From the NCBI RefSeq assembly GCF_036321535.1, contig NC_087447.1, positions 41,852,001-41,916,000 of the forward strand: 64,000 nt of DNA, in the 5' to 3' direction. Made by a program: the position numbers and the translations under genes. This document shows positions 13,801-28,057 of the stretch, one piece after another. This DNA is from Camelus dromedarius (Eukaryota). Under the pieces are notes generated by a model, which searched no databases, had not been told where the DNA came from, and saw only the letters and a program-made list of their open reading frames with translations. How positions within the stretch are numbered: the first letter of the stretch is position 1; every line of letters starts with the position of its first letter.

Positions 13801-15120
13801 ATGTTATTTTGTTTATATAGTCCATTATCTTTAAAAGAGATTTAAGTAATAAAAAATTTTATGTATTTACCCATATGGTTATTATTCCTGGTGCTCTTCC
13901 TTGTTTTGTGTAGATCTGTATTTTCATCTGCTAATCTTTCTGGCTATTATTTCTTTAAATGTTTTTTTCTGTTCCTCCTCCTCACTTCCTTGATTCTTAT
14001 TACTCATATGTTAGGCTGCTTGAAGTCCCAGAGCTCACTGATGTTCATTTTGTATTAGAGGGTTCTTTTTTTTTTTCTCTCTGTATTTTACTTTAATTTT
14101 TTATTGGTATGAGTTCAAGTTTATTAATCTTTTCTCCTGCAACACTTAATTTGTTGTGATCCCATACAGTGTATTTTTTTTTTATCTTACATTGTGGTTT
14201 TCTTCTTTAGAAGTTGACTTGAGTCTTTTATATTTTCCATGTCTCTAATTTTTTCAACAGATGGGAATCAGTTATAGTAACTCTTTTTCTGTCTTTTTTT
14301 TTTTTTTTTTTTTTTGGCTTCTTTTAGTATCTCAGTTCTAGGTTAGTTTTGATTGATTATTCTCATTATAGATTGTGTTTCCCTATCTCTTTGCAAGCCT
14401 GTTATCTTTAATAGCACTCCTGACATTGTGAATTTTATCTTGTTGGAAGATGGACATTTTGTATTCCTATAAATGTTCTCGAGTTTCTGAGATGCAGATA
14501 AGTTACTTTGAACAATTGGATCTTTTGAGGTATTGCTTTTATGGTTTCTTAGGTAACTTCAGAGCAAATCCAGTCTAGGGCTAATTGTTTCACTAATGAG
14601 GCAAAACCTTTCTGTGTATGAATTATGAATCTTCCCATTCTGGATGATAGGAACAGGTACTTTTTGCAGCCATGCTTAAACGATTGTTGCTGTTTTCACT
14701 AATCTTTTCAGATGGCTCTTTTGCCAGCCTCAGGTGGTTTTCTCACACATGTGCACGGATGAATAAATACCCTGCTGAATTCTCAGAGGAACCCTTAGCA
14801 GATCTCCCATGTTCTTTCTCTGTGCAGCTCCCTCCTCTTTGGGTTCTATCCAAAGAACTCTAGCTGCCTTGGCCCCTAAGGAGCCTCTGCTGTGTTTCCT
14901 TCTCTAGAGAGTCGTCTGAGCTCCACCTCTGTTCCCCTTCCCTGCACCATAAGACTATAAACTCTGGAGGCAGAGAGTTGCGCCAGTAGAAGAGTTGTTT
15001 GTTTCCTGCCTTTCAGGAGTCTTTCACCTCAGTTGCCTAATACCTAGTGTCTTGCAAGCCATTATTTTATATAGTTTGTCCAGTTTTTAAGATGTTTCAG
15101 TCAGTCAGCGGGGTAAATCT
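10850..15120 (-). mobile_element. Old L1 (ORF2 through the 5' region), fragmented
   Basis: Antisense ORF2 motifs; track ORF 12786..12998(-) AEYTFFSGMLGTFTKIEYILGHK is the L1 endonuclease domain. Confidence 0.85.
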
Positions 15121-18100
15121 TTGCCCAAAGGAAGAGTCTTCTCTATATATAAATTTTATATTTTTTTACCTCATTGTATTCTCTTATTGTTTATTTTTAA
15201 ATAAATAAAATAAAGTAGTTTTAAAGTTGATCCTCTTCAGTTTTCCAGGTTATACAATTATATCATTGAGAAATAATAATTTTATCTTCCAGTTATTTAT
15301 CTTTAGTTTCTTTCTCCTGTGTAATTGCTTCAGCTAATATATCCAATAAACAGTATCAGTGATAGTGGAACTCATTATGTCTTTTAAGGATGGGTATTAT
15401 GTTGAATTATGTCCTATTTTTTAAATTTTGGAGTTGATTTTATTACTTTCATGATTATATCTATTAATGTAATGAATTGTATTAATAGATTTCTGTTGCT
15501 CTTTTGATTTGCAATCCATTGTAAAACACCTAGGTTTTTTTCTTCTCTTTCTTGTTTTTTTTTTTTTTTTTTTCTCTTTAGGAACTTCTTTATTTTTCAT
15601 TTTCTGAATTTTCATGATGATGTGCTAAAATTTAATAGATTTTTAAAAATATTAGTTCACTATGCTAGACACATGGAAATTTAATCCTGTCCTAAGGTTC
15701 TGGGCCTTTCTGGGGGATGAGAGAGGGCTGTGTTGTTACTTCTTTTATAAATTTTTCCTTTATGTGTACTCTTTCTGAATTTCCTGTTAGCCCAGGGTTA
15801 GAACTCTTGCAGTGATCTGATTTTCTTACTAGTTTCTCCATTTTCCATTTGTATACCCTTTTGGGGCACCTACTGGGACAGTGTTTCTTTGTTTTTAATT
15901 TTTATTATCCCTCTTGTTCTGTAAATGTTCTCTGATACATAAACTCTTCTGGAATGATTTTGATCTCTTCATTTGCATGTGTTTGAAGTTTTTTGCTTCT
16001 CCTTGCATTAGCTTATGGTCACTGAGTTCCTTCTTTGTTTTATTTGTTTTGATCTTCCCTTCATATTTGTGACATTCATACATACCCACTGCCTCCCAGT
16101 GATTATCTTTTCCAGGAACTTATAGTGTAAACCAGTTTTCTGGCTTCCAAAATCTTGTTAAAATTTTAAACCTCTTTTTTCCTTTCTCTTTACTTTGCTG
16201 TTTGAATTTTTTTACTTGCACTTTTAGAAGCTTTTCAGGACCTCTGGGAGGTAAACACATTTGTTTCATCTGCTGTGCTTAACCGGAAGCCATTAGTAAC
16301 TTTTCTTTTGTGTTCTTCATCTTGGAATTGTTTTAAATTTATAAATCATGTGCAGTTGTATTTTTTCAAAACTTAGATGTTAGAAGCTATTCTAAATGTT
16401 CATTTTTCTCTTTGGAATTTGCTCCTTGAAATTTTTATATTTACAGCCTTACGTGTAGGGCTCTTCATGAGATTTGTATGTCAAAATATTCAAAACTTGA
16501 GAGGTTAGGTTCACTCATTCTGTGGCTTTGAGAATGTATTAAGTTTATGAATAAGATCTTTTTTTTAAATTACTTTTCTGATATCAAAGAGAACTATTGA
16601 CTTTTATGTATTCTTATATCTGGTTACATAACTAAACTCTTATTAACGCAAACAGTATTTAGTCAGTTTGCTTGGATTCTCTAAGGCAGACAATCATACT
16701 ATCTTACACATAAAGTTTTATCGTACTAATGTGGACTATGTTACGTTGTATAGTAGTAATAAAACATCTGGATGTGAATTTCTCCCAAAAGCAAAATAGG
16801 TGACCTATTTAAATTAAGTTACATTTAAAGCAGCTTTTAGATGGTTTTTTAAAAAGTATACTTCATCAAAAGCTGTTCACTAAAATTGGGCACATATATG
16901 TGATAGCCATTATTCTATGGATAACAAAATATTTGAGAGTTTTCTAACACTTAAATTCGCTTCTCTTCCAAAGTCTTATGACCACTATATCTTCTCTGAA
17001 CTTTTGAAAAGTGTCTGACAAGAGTATAGAGCACACACCTAACTACCATGGCCTGGCATGACAATGGTGGAGTTCAGTTTCCTAAAGTTTCTGTTACTTT
17101 ATTTCATAAGTCAGTTCCTCTTTGGTCAGAATGTAGTTCATAATGACAGTTCTTTTCTATCACTTCTTTTTTGTCCTCTTTAGAACTCTATCAACAAAAC
17201 AATAATTTTGTGGTTGCCTAACCTTTAAAAAAGAATTCAAGGACAGTTACACATTTTTGTGCTCATTTTGGTTGTGCTCTACAAAACTAGTTCTTCCCCC
17301 AAAAAAGTAATGAGATATGGCTGGGAAGATTTATATAACACCATGCTTATCCTAACATTAGTTATTTAAAAAATTGTAAACAACTTAAACAATCCACAGT
17401 AGGGAATTGCTTAAGTTGTGGTATGTATACCTATATGATGATATAATATTCAGTCATTAAAAATAATTTTCTTAAAAATGTGGCACATGAAAAAATGTAC
17501 ATGTCACAGAAGGTGGAGAAAAACAAGACTCATAACTGTATACATATGTCCCCTTTTATGTAAAGAAATACATCCAGAGATAGATGGTTGCAAGGAAAGA
17601 TTGCATGTTAAAGAACTTAGTGCCTTTTCATTTTTTCTTTTCTGACTTTTCTACAATAAATTTATTTTAACATAAAATAATATCCATAAATTGATTTATA
17701 AAGGTAATTCAGCAGTGAGAAGACAGTTCCTAGAGATACAAAGGCTTGAATTTTAGTCCTGCCTTTGTCACATACAGGTATATCACCTTGACAGTCTCAG
17801 CCTTGGTTTCATCATTTGTAAACTAAGTCTTGTGGGATACAATAGTATATAAAATGTTTCACAAATATGAGGGATTGTTAGCATTTCTCTTCTGTTTGCA
17901 GATGGGTGGCCTATTGCACATGATATACTTCATATATTTGAGCAATTAAAGAAACAAGCAAGTAAGCAAAGTTGACATTTGTAATGCAAGTGTGTGGAGC
18001 TTAGCAATGTCTGCCAGTTCTAACCTTGCACCCTTGAGGTATCATTTGTTTCCAGGTTATATCAGGGTCTTAAAGAAAACTGGAGCTGAACAAAAACAGG

Positions 18101-19391
18101 TAACAAACATTCTGAAAAGGAATCCTCATGTATTACTATTCCCAGATATGTTATAAAAATTCTACGAGCATGATCTGTATGAAATGATGGCAGTCAGGTG
18201 GAGGGGAGCCATCAGAAACATAAGTTATTGCATATACACTCATGTATGTATGAAAACAGTATTATTTTTCAGCTTATATGTATGTTCATTGATACTATCG
18301 CTCTAAATAGATGTTTCCTCAGTGACTTGAGAAAGGGCAAAATGGGGAGGCCAGTCAGTTATGACAGTCAATTCTGAACAGTTTAGGTTTTGCACCTGCG
18401 ATAGCATTTTTTTTTCCTGTTTGCCAGTAAAGACACTGGGGAGAGCAAAATCCTGATTTTATCCTGTTTATTTAATGCTTATCATTCTGCTTACTATCTT
18501 GTAGTGACTATGCTTCCAGCTGTCTAAACATTCTCTCACATTCCTGTTAGAAATACGACTCCAGCTCAGGTTCAAGAATTGAAGTGTCCACTCCCTCATT
18601 GTTTATTACTTCCCCAGCATACTTTTAGTTAAGATTTGAGATAATTAAACCAGCTAGCATCATTGTATTTCAAATTCAAATCCTATAAGAGGTATTTCTT
18701 ATTAATAGTGGGGTCATTTCCTGGTACACCAAATTCGATTTTTACTTAATCTTATGATACAATGAATTTGAAAAGTAGACAGTTAACTGGAGATAAGAGC
18801 CATTTCTTTTCATTCATTGAAAAAACTTTTCTGTAAACTCAATTATGTGAAGTATTGTTTATTTTCTGAGTATTTATATATTAATATATTTCATTTGAGA
18901 ATGTAGCATCAAAATTTCCTATGAAGCATGATTCTAATAATATTAATGCATAGTATAAAATAATTCCCTTATATAGCTATAATTTTATGTGTGAAATAAG
19001 GGATCTCATGTGTAACCAGTGTTTAGTTGCCTATCTTGACAGCTTCTCTGTGAAAAATTTAGTAAAAAATATCTGACCAGGCCTACCATGAATTACCATT
19101 ACCATTGTATTAGCTGTGGTCATATTAAGCTTAGTTTTGGAGAAGTACTTACTGAATCTGAAAAACGATCCTTGGAATTTCCCAAAGGTTTTACTGTTAA
19201 TACTTTTAAAGTCAGAATTTAACAGAATTCCTGTTATAATGCTAAACTTAGGGAAATGAGGCCATTTAAGTAATTAAGGAGGTCTTACTACTTAAATGCT
19301 CATATTCTCCTTCTGGATGTTGTGTTTATTGTTTTCTATGAGAAGAAGGAATTTTCTTACAGGCTTTTTTTAATGGGACATTTTAAATTTT

Positions 19392-19574
19392 CTTTTTCTT
19401 TTTTTTACATTGCCTTTTGTGGGGTAGGTAATTAAGTTTGTATGTATGTATGTATGTATGTATGTATGTATGTATGTATGTATGTATTTATTGACTGACA
19501 GAGATACTGGGGATCAAACCCAGGACCTTGTGCATGTTAAGCACATACTCTACCACTGAGCTGTACCCTCCCCA
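19392..19574 (-). mobile_element. tRNA-derived SINE, Vic-1-like (camelid)
   Basis: Reverse complement reads GGGGAGGGTACAGCTCAGTGGTAGAG...GTCCTGGGTTTGATCCCCAG (A and B boxes), with an A-rich tail and an imperfect TSD (gaca.ttt.aattt). Confidence 0.85.
19441..19484. repeat. (TATG)11 tetranucleotide microsatellite within the SINE
   Basis: 11 perfect TATG units. Confidence 0.95.
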
Positions 19575-20474
19575 CTGACACTTTTAATTTTTTAAATTAA
19601 AGATTGAACAGTAAAATGTGTCTCAGTGAGCTGCAAATTTATAGATGTGTATGAAGGTCTTGGAAAATATTAAAAGCGACTGTTATCCAAAGAACCTTCT
19701 ACAATGTTTTGCTTTTGAGAGATCATTCAAATTAGTCACAATAATGCTATGGACATTTTTGGTTATTCTATAATAGTTTTATTATATACTGTATATGTGT
19801 AAAGCATTTGAAAAGTAAGCACATTAAGAGTTTTAAGCTGCAAAATATCTGATTGCTTCTTTAAGTAGAGATCTATCTGCTCATAAAAGTTACTTTGTTA
19901 TTTGTGAACTCTTCTTTATGATGGATACCTTTGATATGAGAAGTCAGTAGAGTTGACAGAATTGGAACTAACATAAAAATACTTAGTTTAATCCTTACTT
20001 GAAAACCTATAGTTTTATTTAAATTTTGAGAAAATGTTTATAGTTGTCATTCTCTGGTGTATAGCTTTTAGTATCATTTACTAAGCCTGATGAGCAGCTA
20101 TGGTAATGAATGACAGGTCTAAGAGAATGGGATTATTTGCTATCAATTCACAGAGCTGATTAACTTTGTATCAGAAGACTTGTTTGCTGAAGAGGTGGAC
20201 CTGGTGACGCAGGCTGTATCAGTAGATTGCTTTATAACCCAAGCTCAGACACCTCTTTCCTGATTGTGAAACTCACTTTAGGAAATGGTGTACCTAATTC
20301 AGGAAAGAAGTTTGTTGAGGGAAAGAAGATTTTGAAAGACACTTGTGAGTTTTGTTGTAACCTGATAAAACTCCCCAATTCTGCCACGGATTATACCTTT
20401 CTGCTACCCAAGTAGATAAAGCCAAGGCTAGATACATGTTAACACTGATTTTTTTTAGTAGAATATTAGGTCTC

Positions 20475-21800
20475 CTACTTTTGGATCTCTCACTTTATAC
20501 TCTCACAAATTATTTAGAATCCCCAGAGTTTTGTTTATGTAGTTTTATCTGTTCATTTATGTATTAGATAACAACTGGATGTTGTTATGTATTAGAAATT
20601 ACAACTGGAAAATTTTAAACTACTTATTTAAAATAACAATAAACTATTGCATATGAAATAGCATATTTTTATTTAAAAAACTATATTGCCCAAAACAAAA
20701 AACATAGGGAAAAGAGTGGTATGTGGTATTGTTTTATATTTTTATAAATATCATTGAATATTGGCTTAATAAAAGACAGCTGGATTCTCATACCTACTTC
20801 TGCATTCATGCTTTTGCAATATGTTGTTTTGATTGAAGTATATGAAGAAAATCAGTTCTCACAAATACATAGTTGGAGAAAGGAGGAGTATTTTAACAGC
20901 CTTTTCAGATACTTACGGAAACTCTTTTTGAATACTACACCAACACTCAACAAATAGTAAGTTCTTAAAGATTAGTTGCAATCACAGAACTTTTCAAACT
21001 CTGCCACAATAAAACCTATTGGTCAGTTTTGCACTTTGAACAGATCTTTTACCCATGCATGATTTTATAACGTCATACGTTAGTCATTTGGCAAATATGG
21101 GATCAATGAATGATCCAGATCTTCCAAATATTGACACAGATCATTATATAATATTTAAAATATTGCCCTAAGTAATATTACTGTCATGTTCATCAGAAAT
21201 GCAATGACTGTGCTTGAAAATTTGTTTTATCATTGGTAACAAATTTTCTCAGATCTTTATCTTAAAGCGACAGGCCTACTTCATTCATTTTGCGAAAATG
21301 TTTGCCAAATACATGTCTGCATAGGCATATTTGTTTGTCAGTTATTCTTACAAGTAAAAAATAGTATTCTTGAAAATAAAAACCCAGCTCACAACTCTAA
21401 AATTATGCAAATAGTGCTTCTCTAAACAATTATCATACTTACACATGTGGCAAAAGTGCTTTATATATACTTACTATTTGAAACAGAATATTTTAAAATT
21501 TATATACTCAAGGGTCAAGTTATAATGAAATTAAAATGTGTATTGCATCATCAAGGACATTTTTAACTGAAACTTTTTTTTTAACTGCAAATATGTAGCT
21601 TTGAAGAACACAATGACTATAAGTATAGTTTGGTGCTGATTCCTGTTAATATACCAGCAACTTTACCCATCATCACTTTTGTACCATCAGTGTGAATGTC
21701 AACAAAGTGAAAGAAGTTACTAACTCTTAGTATTATTATGAAAATAGTTTTGACATCTAGGACTCCTGTGATTCTTCGTAGCACACTTTGAGGTATTCTA
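20475..21800. mobile_element. hAT-Charlie DNA transposon remnant (Charlie1-like)
   Basis: aaagacagctggattctcata..tctgcattca, gatcttttacccatgcatgatttt and cacactttgag end motif recalled from Charlie1. Confidence 0.7.
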
Positions 21801-21909
21801 GAATAAAAAAGGCTTATGGTGGCCACAAGAATGCCAAAGACATAAAGTCATGGGACTTAGATGGATTGTTGAGGGAGAAATATACACATGCCCAAAACAA
21901 GTCAACTCT

Positions 21910-22576
21910 CTCTTTTTTTTTTTTTTTTAACATTTTTTTGAGTAATAGTCATTTTACAATATTGTGTCAAATTCCAGTGTAGAGCACAATTTTTCAGTTT
22001 TACATGAACATATGTATATTCATTGTCATACATTTTTTTTCGCTGTGAGTACCACAAGATCTTGTATATATTTCCCTGTGCTATACGGTATAATCTTGTT
22101 TATCTATTCTACATTTTGAAATCCCAGTCTGTCCCTTCCCACCACCCACCTCCTTGCCAACCACAAGTTTGTATTCTATGTCTATGAGTCTGTTTTGTAT
22201 TTATGTTTTTGGAGGAGGGGGTTGTTTGTTTTAGATTCTACATATGAGTGATCTCATATGGTATTTTTCTTTCTCTTTCTGGCTTACTTCACTTAGAATG
22301 ACATTCTCCAGGAACATCCATGCTGCTGCAAATGGCGTTATGTTGTCGGTTTTTATGGCTGAATAGTATTCCATTGTATAAATATACCACATCTTCTTTT
22401 TCTAGTCATCTGTTGTTGGACATTTAGGCTGTTTCCATGTTTTGGTTACTGTAAATAGTGCTGCTATGAACATTGGGGTGCAGGTGTCATTTTGAAGTCA
22501 GGTTCCTTCTGGATATATGCCCAGGAGTGGGATTCCTGGGTCCTATGGTAAGTCTATTCCTAGTCTTTTGAGGAAT
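21910..22576 (-). mobile_element. Young 5'-truncated L1 3' end with TSD
   Basis: Poly(T) start; TSD ACAAGTCAACTCT at 21897-21909 and 22577-22589; same 3'UTR as the 52.5 kb copy. Confidence 0.92.
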
Positions 22577-23129
22577 ACAAGTCAACTCTTTTGTACCGAT
22601 TAGTAAAATAGATAAATTCTAGGTCATATATCAGAGGAAAAGGTTGTTATAATTATTTATTATCATAAAATGGTCTGGAACACGTGAATGGAACTGCTTG
22701 AATCTTTGTTCTGGAGGGGGCTAGTGAAACTGTGGAGTTTCAGAGAAAGTTCATAGAATAAATGATACTAAAGTGCTCAGTAAGTATTTGTTGAATAAAG
22801 TACTATTTCAAAACAAAAATGTAGTAGAGAAAAGTATTTTCACTTGTCTTTAAGGTTTTCATGCTATTTATGTATTCCTCATGATGTCTGCTGAAGGAAA
22901 TGAGTCTGTTAAGATTTTTCATTTGATAGAGAAGCTGTCGATGTGATTAACGTCTCTCTAAATACAGAAAATCATCCAAATCTTACTTTTTTGATGTCTT
23001 TTTAGACTGAGTCAAGGAGTCAATGAGGCAGTGAAAAGAGAGGCAGGAAAAAAATTGATAAAGAAGGGTAAAGAAAGTGTTATAGGTATGAGGATAGATC
23101 ACAGTGGGTAATAATCATAGTAACTAACT

Positions 23130-23320
23130 TTTACTTCACTGAATTATATAGCAGGGACTGTTCTGAGTACTTTTCATGTGTTAACGTATGTAAGCTTCCT
23201 TCCCAAGAGTGCTAGCAGGTAGGTACTAATATTCTACCTTTTATAAATGAGGAAACTGAGCCACTGAGAGGTTAAATAAATTGCTCAAAATTACATAGTT
23301 ACTAAACAGAGCAACAGAAA
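23130..23320 (-). mobile_element. MIR
   Basis: ttttataaatgaggaaactgag...agaggttaaataaattgctcaaaattacatag. Confidence 0.7.
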
Positions 23321-23429
23321 GTAATCTGGTACAGAGAGTGGCTGTGTTGGTGAGCTCATTACTATTTCTGTTCTATCTCTTGAACAATATGTTAATCAAG
23401 ATACCTTTTTATATTATATTTTTAGAAAT

Positions 23430-26400
23430 AAACTTTACTTTTTAGAGTACTTTTAGATCCATAGCAAAATTGATCAGAAAGTAGAAAGAGTTCACATGAA
23501 CTATTGGTTCCCAAAACAGATTCTCACAGTATCAATATCTCCCACCACAGTAGTGTGTTGATTACAATTGATAGATGAACTTAGGCTGATTGACTCATCA
23601 TTATCACCCAAAGTCTGTAATTTGCATTAGGATTCATTCTTGGTTTACATTCTGAAGATTTTGATAAATGTATAATAATATGTATCCACAATTATAATAC
23701 CATATAGAATAGTTTCATTGCTCTAAAAATCCTCTGTGTTCTGCCTGTTCATGTCTCCACTGCATATCCAACCCCTGACAACCATTTATTTTTTTGCTGT
23801 CTCCATAGTTTTACCTTTTCCAGAATGTCGTATAGTTGGAATCATACCATTTGTAACCCTTTGAGATTGGTGTCTTTCACTTAGTTATATGCATTTAAGT
23901 TGCCTCCATATTTTGTCATGGCTTCATAGCTCATTTCTTTCTAGTGCAGAATAATATTCCATTGTCTGAGTGTGCCGCAGTTTATCCATTCACCTATTGA
24001 AAGGCATCTTGGTCCACTCTAAGTTTTGGCAATTATGAATAAAGCAGCTATAAACATCCATGTGCAGGTTTTTATGGGAACATATGTTTTCGACTCCTTT
24101 GGGTAAATACTGAGGAGCACAATTACTGGATCATATGGTAAAAGTATGTTTAGTTTTGTAAGAAACAGCCACACTGTCTTCCAAAGTGGCTGTACCATTT
24201 TATGTTCCTACTGGCAATAAGTGAGAGTTCCTGTCACTCCACATCCTTGTTAGCATTTGGCATTTTCAGTGTTTTAGATTTTGGCCATTCTAGTAGATGT
24301 GTAATGATATCTCATTGTTTTAATTTGAAGTTCAGTGAAATATGATGTTGAACACCTTTTTATATGCTTACTTGCCTTTTGTATATCTTTTTTGGAGAGA
24401 TGTATGTTTAGACCTTTTGACTATTTTATAATTGGGTTGTTCATTTTCTTATTTTTGACTTTTAGAAATTCTTCATATATTTTAGATGACAGTACATTAT
24501 CAGATATGTGTTTTGCAGATATTTTCTCCTAGTCCTTAGCGTGTCTTCCTTTCTTGACAGTGTCTTTCACAGAGCAGGAGTTTTTAATTTTGATGACGTT
24601 TAGCTTATTAGTTATTTCTTTCATGGTTCATGATTTTGGTGTTGAATCTAAAAGGTCATTGCCAAATCAGAGATCATCTATATTTTCTCCTGTGTTATCT
24701 TCTAGGAGTTTTATAGTTTTGCATTTTATATTTAAGTATATGGTCCACTTTGAGTTAATTTTTGTGAAGGATGTAAAGTCTGTGACTAGATTTATTTTCT
24801 TGTATATGAGTGTCTAGTTGGTCCAGCACAATTTGTTGAAAAGACTATCCTTTCTCCACTGTGTTATTGCCTTTGCTCCTTTGTCAAAGTTCCGTTGGCT
24901 ACATTTTTCCGGACTCTTTGCAGGCTCTCTGTTCTACTTACTTGATCTATTTGTCTCTTCTTTCACCAATACCACACTGTCTTTACTATAGCTTTTGAAT
25001 AAGTCTTGAACTCAGGTAGTGTTACTTTTCAACTTTGTTCTTCTTCAGTACTGTCTTGGCTATTCTGGGTCTTTTGCCTCTCCATTATAAACTTTAACAT
25101 TAGTTTGTCAGTATCCATGAAATAATTTGCTGGAATTTTGACTGAGATTGCATTCAATCTGTAGATCAAGTTGGAAAGAACTGATAGTCGACAATATTGA
25201 GTTTTCCTATTGATGGGCATGGAATCAATCTCTCTCTAGTTCTTCTTTGATTTCTTTTGTCACAGTTTTGTAATTTTCCTTATATGGATCTTGTACATAT
25301 CTTATTATATTTATACCTAAGTATTTCATTTTGGGGGGATATTAATGTATGTAGGTGACATTGTGTTTTTAATTTCAAATAACACTTGTTCATTGTTGGT
25401 GTAGTGTATATAGGAGAGCAATTGATTTTTGTATGTTAACCTTGTATCCTGGAACCTTGCTCTAATTGCTTATTACTTTCAGATTTTCTACATAGACAGT
25501 CATGTCATCTGGGGACAAAGACAGTTACATTTCTTTCTTTCTAATCTGTACACCTTTTATTTTCCTTGTTTTTTTTTTTTTTTTTTGACTAATTGCATTA
25601 GCTAGGACTTCTAGTACAATTTGGAAAAGGTGGGGTAAGAGGGAACATCCTTGCCTTATTTCTAACCTTACCCAGAAAGCTTCTAGTTTTTTTTTTATCA
25701 TTAATTATGATGTTATCTGTAGGTTTACTATAAATGTTCTCTATCAAGTTAAGGAACTTCCCCTCTGTTCTCAGTTTGTTGAGAGTCTTTTTTTTTATAA
25801 TCATGAATGGATATTAAATTTTCTCAAATGCTTTTTCTTCATCTGTTGATATGACCATGTGATTTTTCTTGTTTAGCTTCTTGATAGGATTAATTGATTA
25901 TCAAATGGTGGACCAGACTTATATACCTAGAATGAATTCTACTTGGTCATGGTATATAATTTGTTTCATACGTTGTTGGATTCAATCTGCAGATATTTTC
26001 TTGAGGATTTTTACATCTGTGTTCATAAGTGATACTGATGTAGAGTTTCATTGTAGTTCCTTCGTCTGGGTTTTGATATAGGGTAATGCTGGCTTCCTTG
26101 AATGAGTCAGGAAGTATTTCCTTTGCTTTTATCTTATGGAAGAGATTTTAGAGAATAGCATAATTTCATCCTTAAATGTTTGGTAGAATTCACCCTGAAT
26201 CCTTTTGGGCCTGATGCTTTCTGTTTCAGAAGGTTATTAATTACTGATTCAATTTCTCTAGTAGATATAGGTCTATTCAGATTCCCTATTTCTTCTTGTG
26301 TGAGTTCTATCAGATTGTATCTTTCAAGGAATTGGTCCGTTTCACCTTGGTTACCAAATTTGTAGACACAGAGTTATGCATAGTTTTCCTTTATTATCTT

Positions 26401-27015
26401 TTTAATGTCCATGGAATCTGTAATGATGTACCCTTTTTCTTTTCTGATATTAGTAATTTGTATCTCCTCTCTTTTTTATTTTTAGTTAGCCTGACTAGAG
26501 GCTTGTCAATTTTAATGTTCTTTTCAAAGAATCAGCTATAGGTTTTGTTGATTTGCTCTATTGATTTCCTATTATAAATTTCACTGCTGCTCTAATTTTA
26601 TTATTTCTTTTCTTCTGCTTACTTACAATTTAATTTGCTCTTCTTTTTCTCGTTTCCTAAGATAGAAGTCAGAGTATTGATTTTAATTTTCTTCTTTTCT
26701 AATATATGCATTCAGTGCTATAAATTTCCATGTAAGCACTGCTTTTGCTGAATTCCGCAAATGTTAAATTGTATTTTTATTTTCATCTGGTTAAAAATAT
26801 TTGAACATTTTTTTGAGATTTTGTCTTTGACCCATGTATTATTTAGAAGTGTGTTGTTTAATCTCAAAGTATTTTGGCATTTTCCAGCTATCTTTCTGTT
26901 ATTGATTTGTAATTTAAATTTATTGTGGTCTGAGAGCATGCATTATATGATTTCTGTCCTTTTAAATGAATTACAGTGTATTTTATAGCCCAGAATGTGG
27001 TCTGTTTTGATGAAC
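23430..27015 (-). mobile_element. Old L1 (3'UTR plus ORF2), ~3.6 kb
   Basis: Minus-strand ORFs 25029..25220, 25598..25804 and 26718..26939 encode L1 ORF2-like peptides (LIYRLNAISVKIP, LNKLRTEGKFLNLIENIYSKP, LSDHNKFKLQINN). Confidence 0.9.
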
Positions 27016-27425
27016 AAGATATCTTTTTCATTGTACTGAATTGAAGACTCTTAGATTAATGAAGATACTTTAAAATAATTCTATTTTCCATCAGAGATAG
27101 GTACTTTAGTACTTGATCAGCTTATTTCATGACTTGTTCTAATGGAGGAAAGTTTTTCATTTTAGTGCCATGATCTTATGTATGCCAGCCTAGGCCTCAG
27201 GATGAGTGGCAACTGTGGAAAATCTAAGCTGTCTTCATAAAATGTATATGCACATTAGTGAAAGTGTTCCGAATCTGTAAATGATTTTTTTAAAATAGTG
27301 GTCAAAGTTACATATCACGTAAGCTGGAAGATTTTGAAATAGGGAAACATTTAACACTTAGATTTATAAATAATAATTTTTCATTGTGCTTTAAAATGTG
27401 ACTATTTTTTTTCTATCCCATTTAG

Positions 27426-27578
<153 letters not shown>

Positions 27579-28057
27579 TAACCAAATTATAGCCCAAGGG
27601 ACACCATTTAGGAATCTTTTCATTATGCCATATTTGTTTTTGTTAGAACTGCAAGTTTGAGTTCTATGGGCTGTTTTAAAAAGACTGAGGTACTATATTG
27701 TTGGAGAAGGGAGAGAGAAGGTAAAGTTACTGTCCAAGATTAATCTCTTTTAAAATACTGGTCGTAATCTGAATATTTCTAAGAAGTGTATCTGTGAATT
27801 AGTTTATCAAGATTTGTTTCCTCTCATGGTGAACCTGTAATTTTCCCTTTCAAGTCCTTCTCCTGAGATGTCTTTCACAGAATATAGATCATTTAATCAG
27901 AATGTTTATAAATCATTTATCACAATGCTTGATACTAACTTTTTAAGTTCTGAAGTGAATGTTAACTCATTAATATTAGTGGTGGTAGTAGCAACATGAT
28001 AGGACTGAAATTCATAGGCTAGAACTATAGAAGTTGAAAATACTAGGTCATTCATAG

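Noticed and set aside
17048..17066. Kozak ATG (ACCATGG) as a first coding exon for the 18 kb module
   Set aside because: The only phase-1 donor nearby (G|gtggag) is poor and there are no promoter features.
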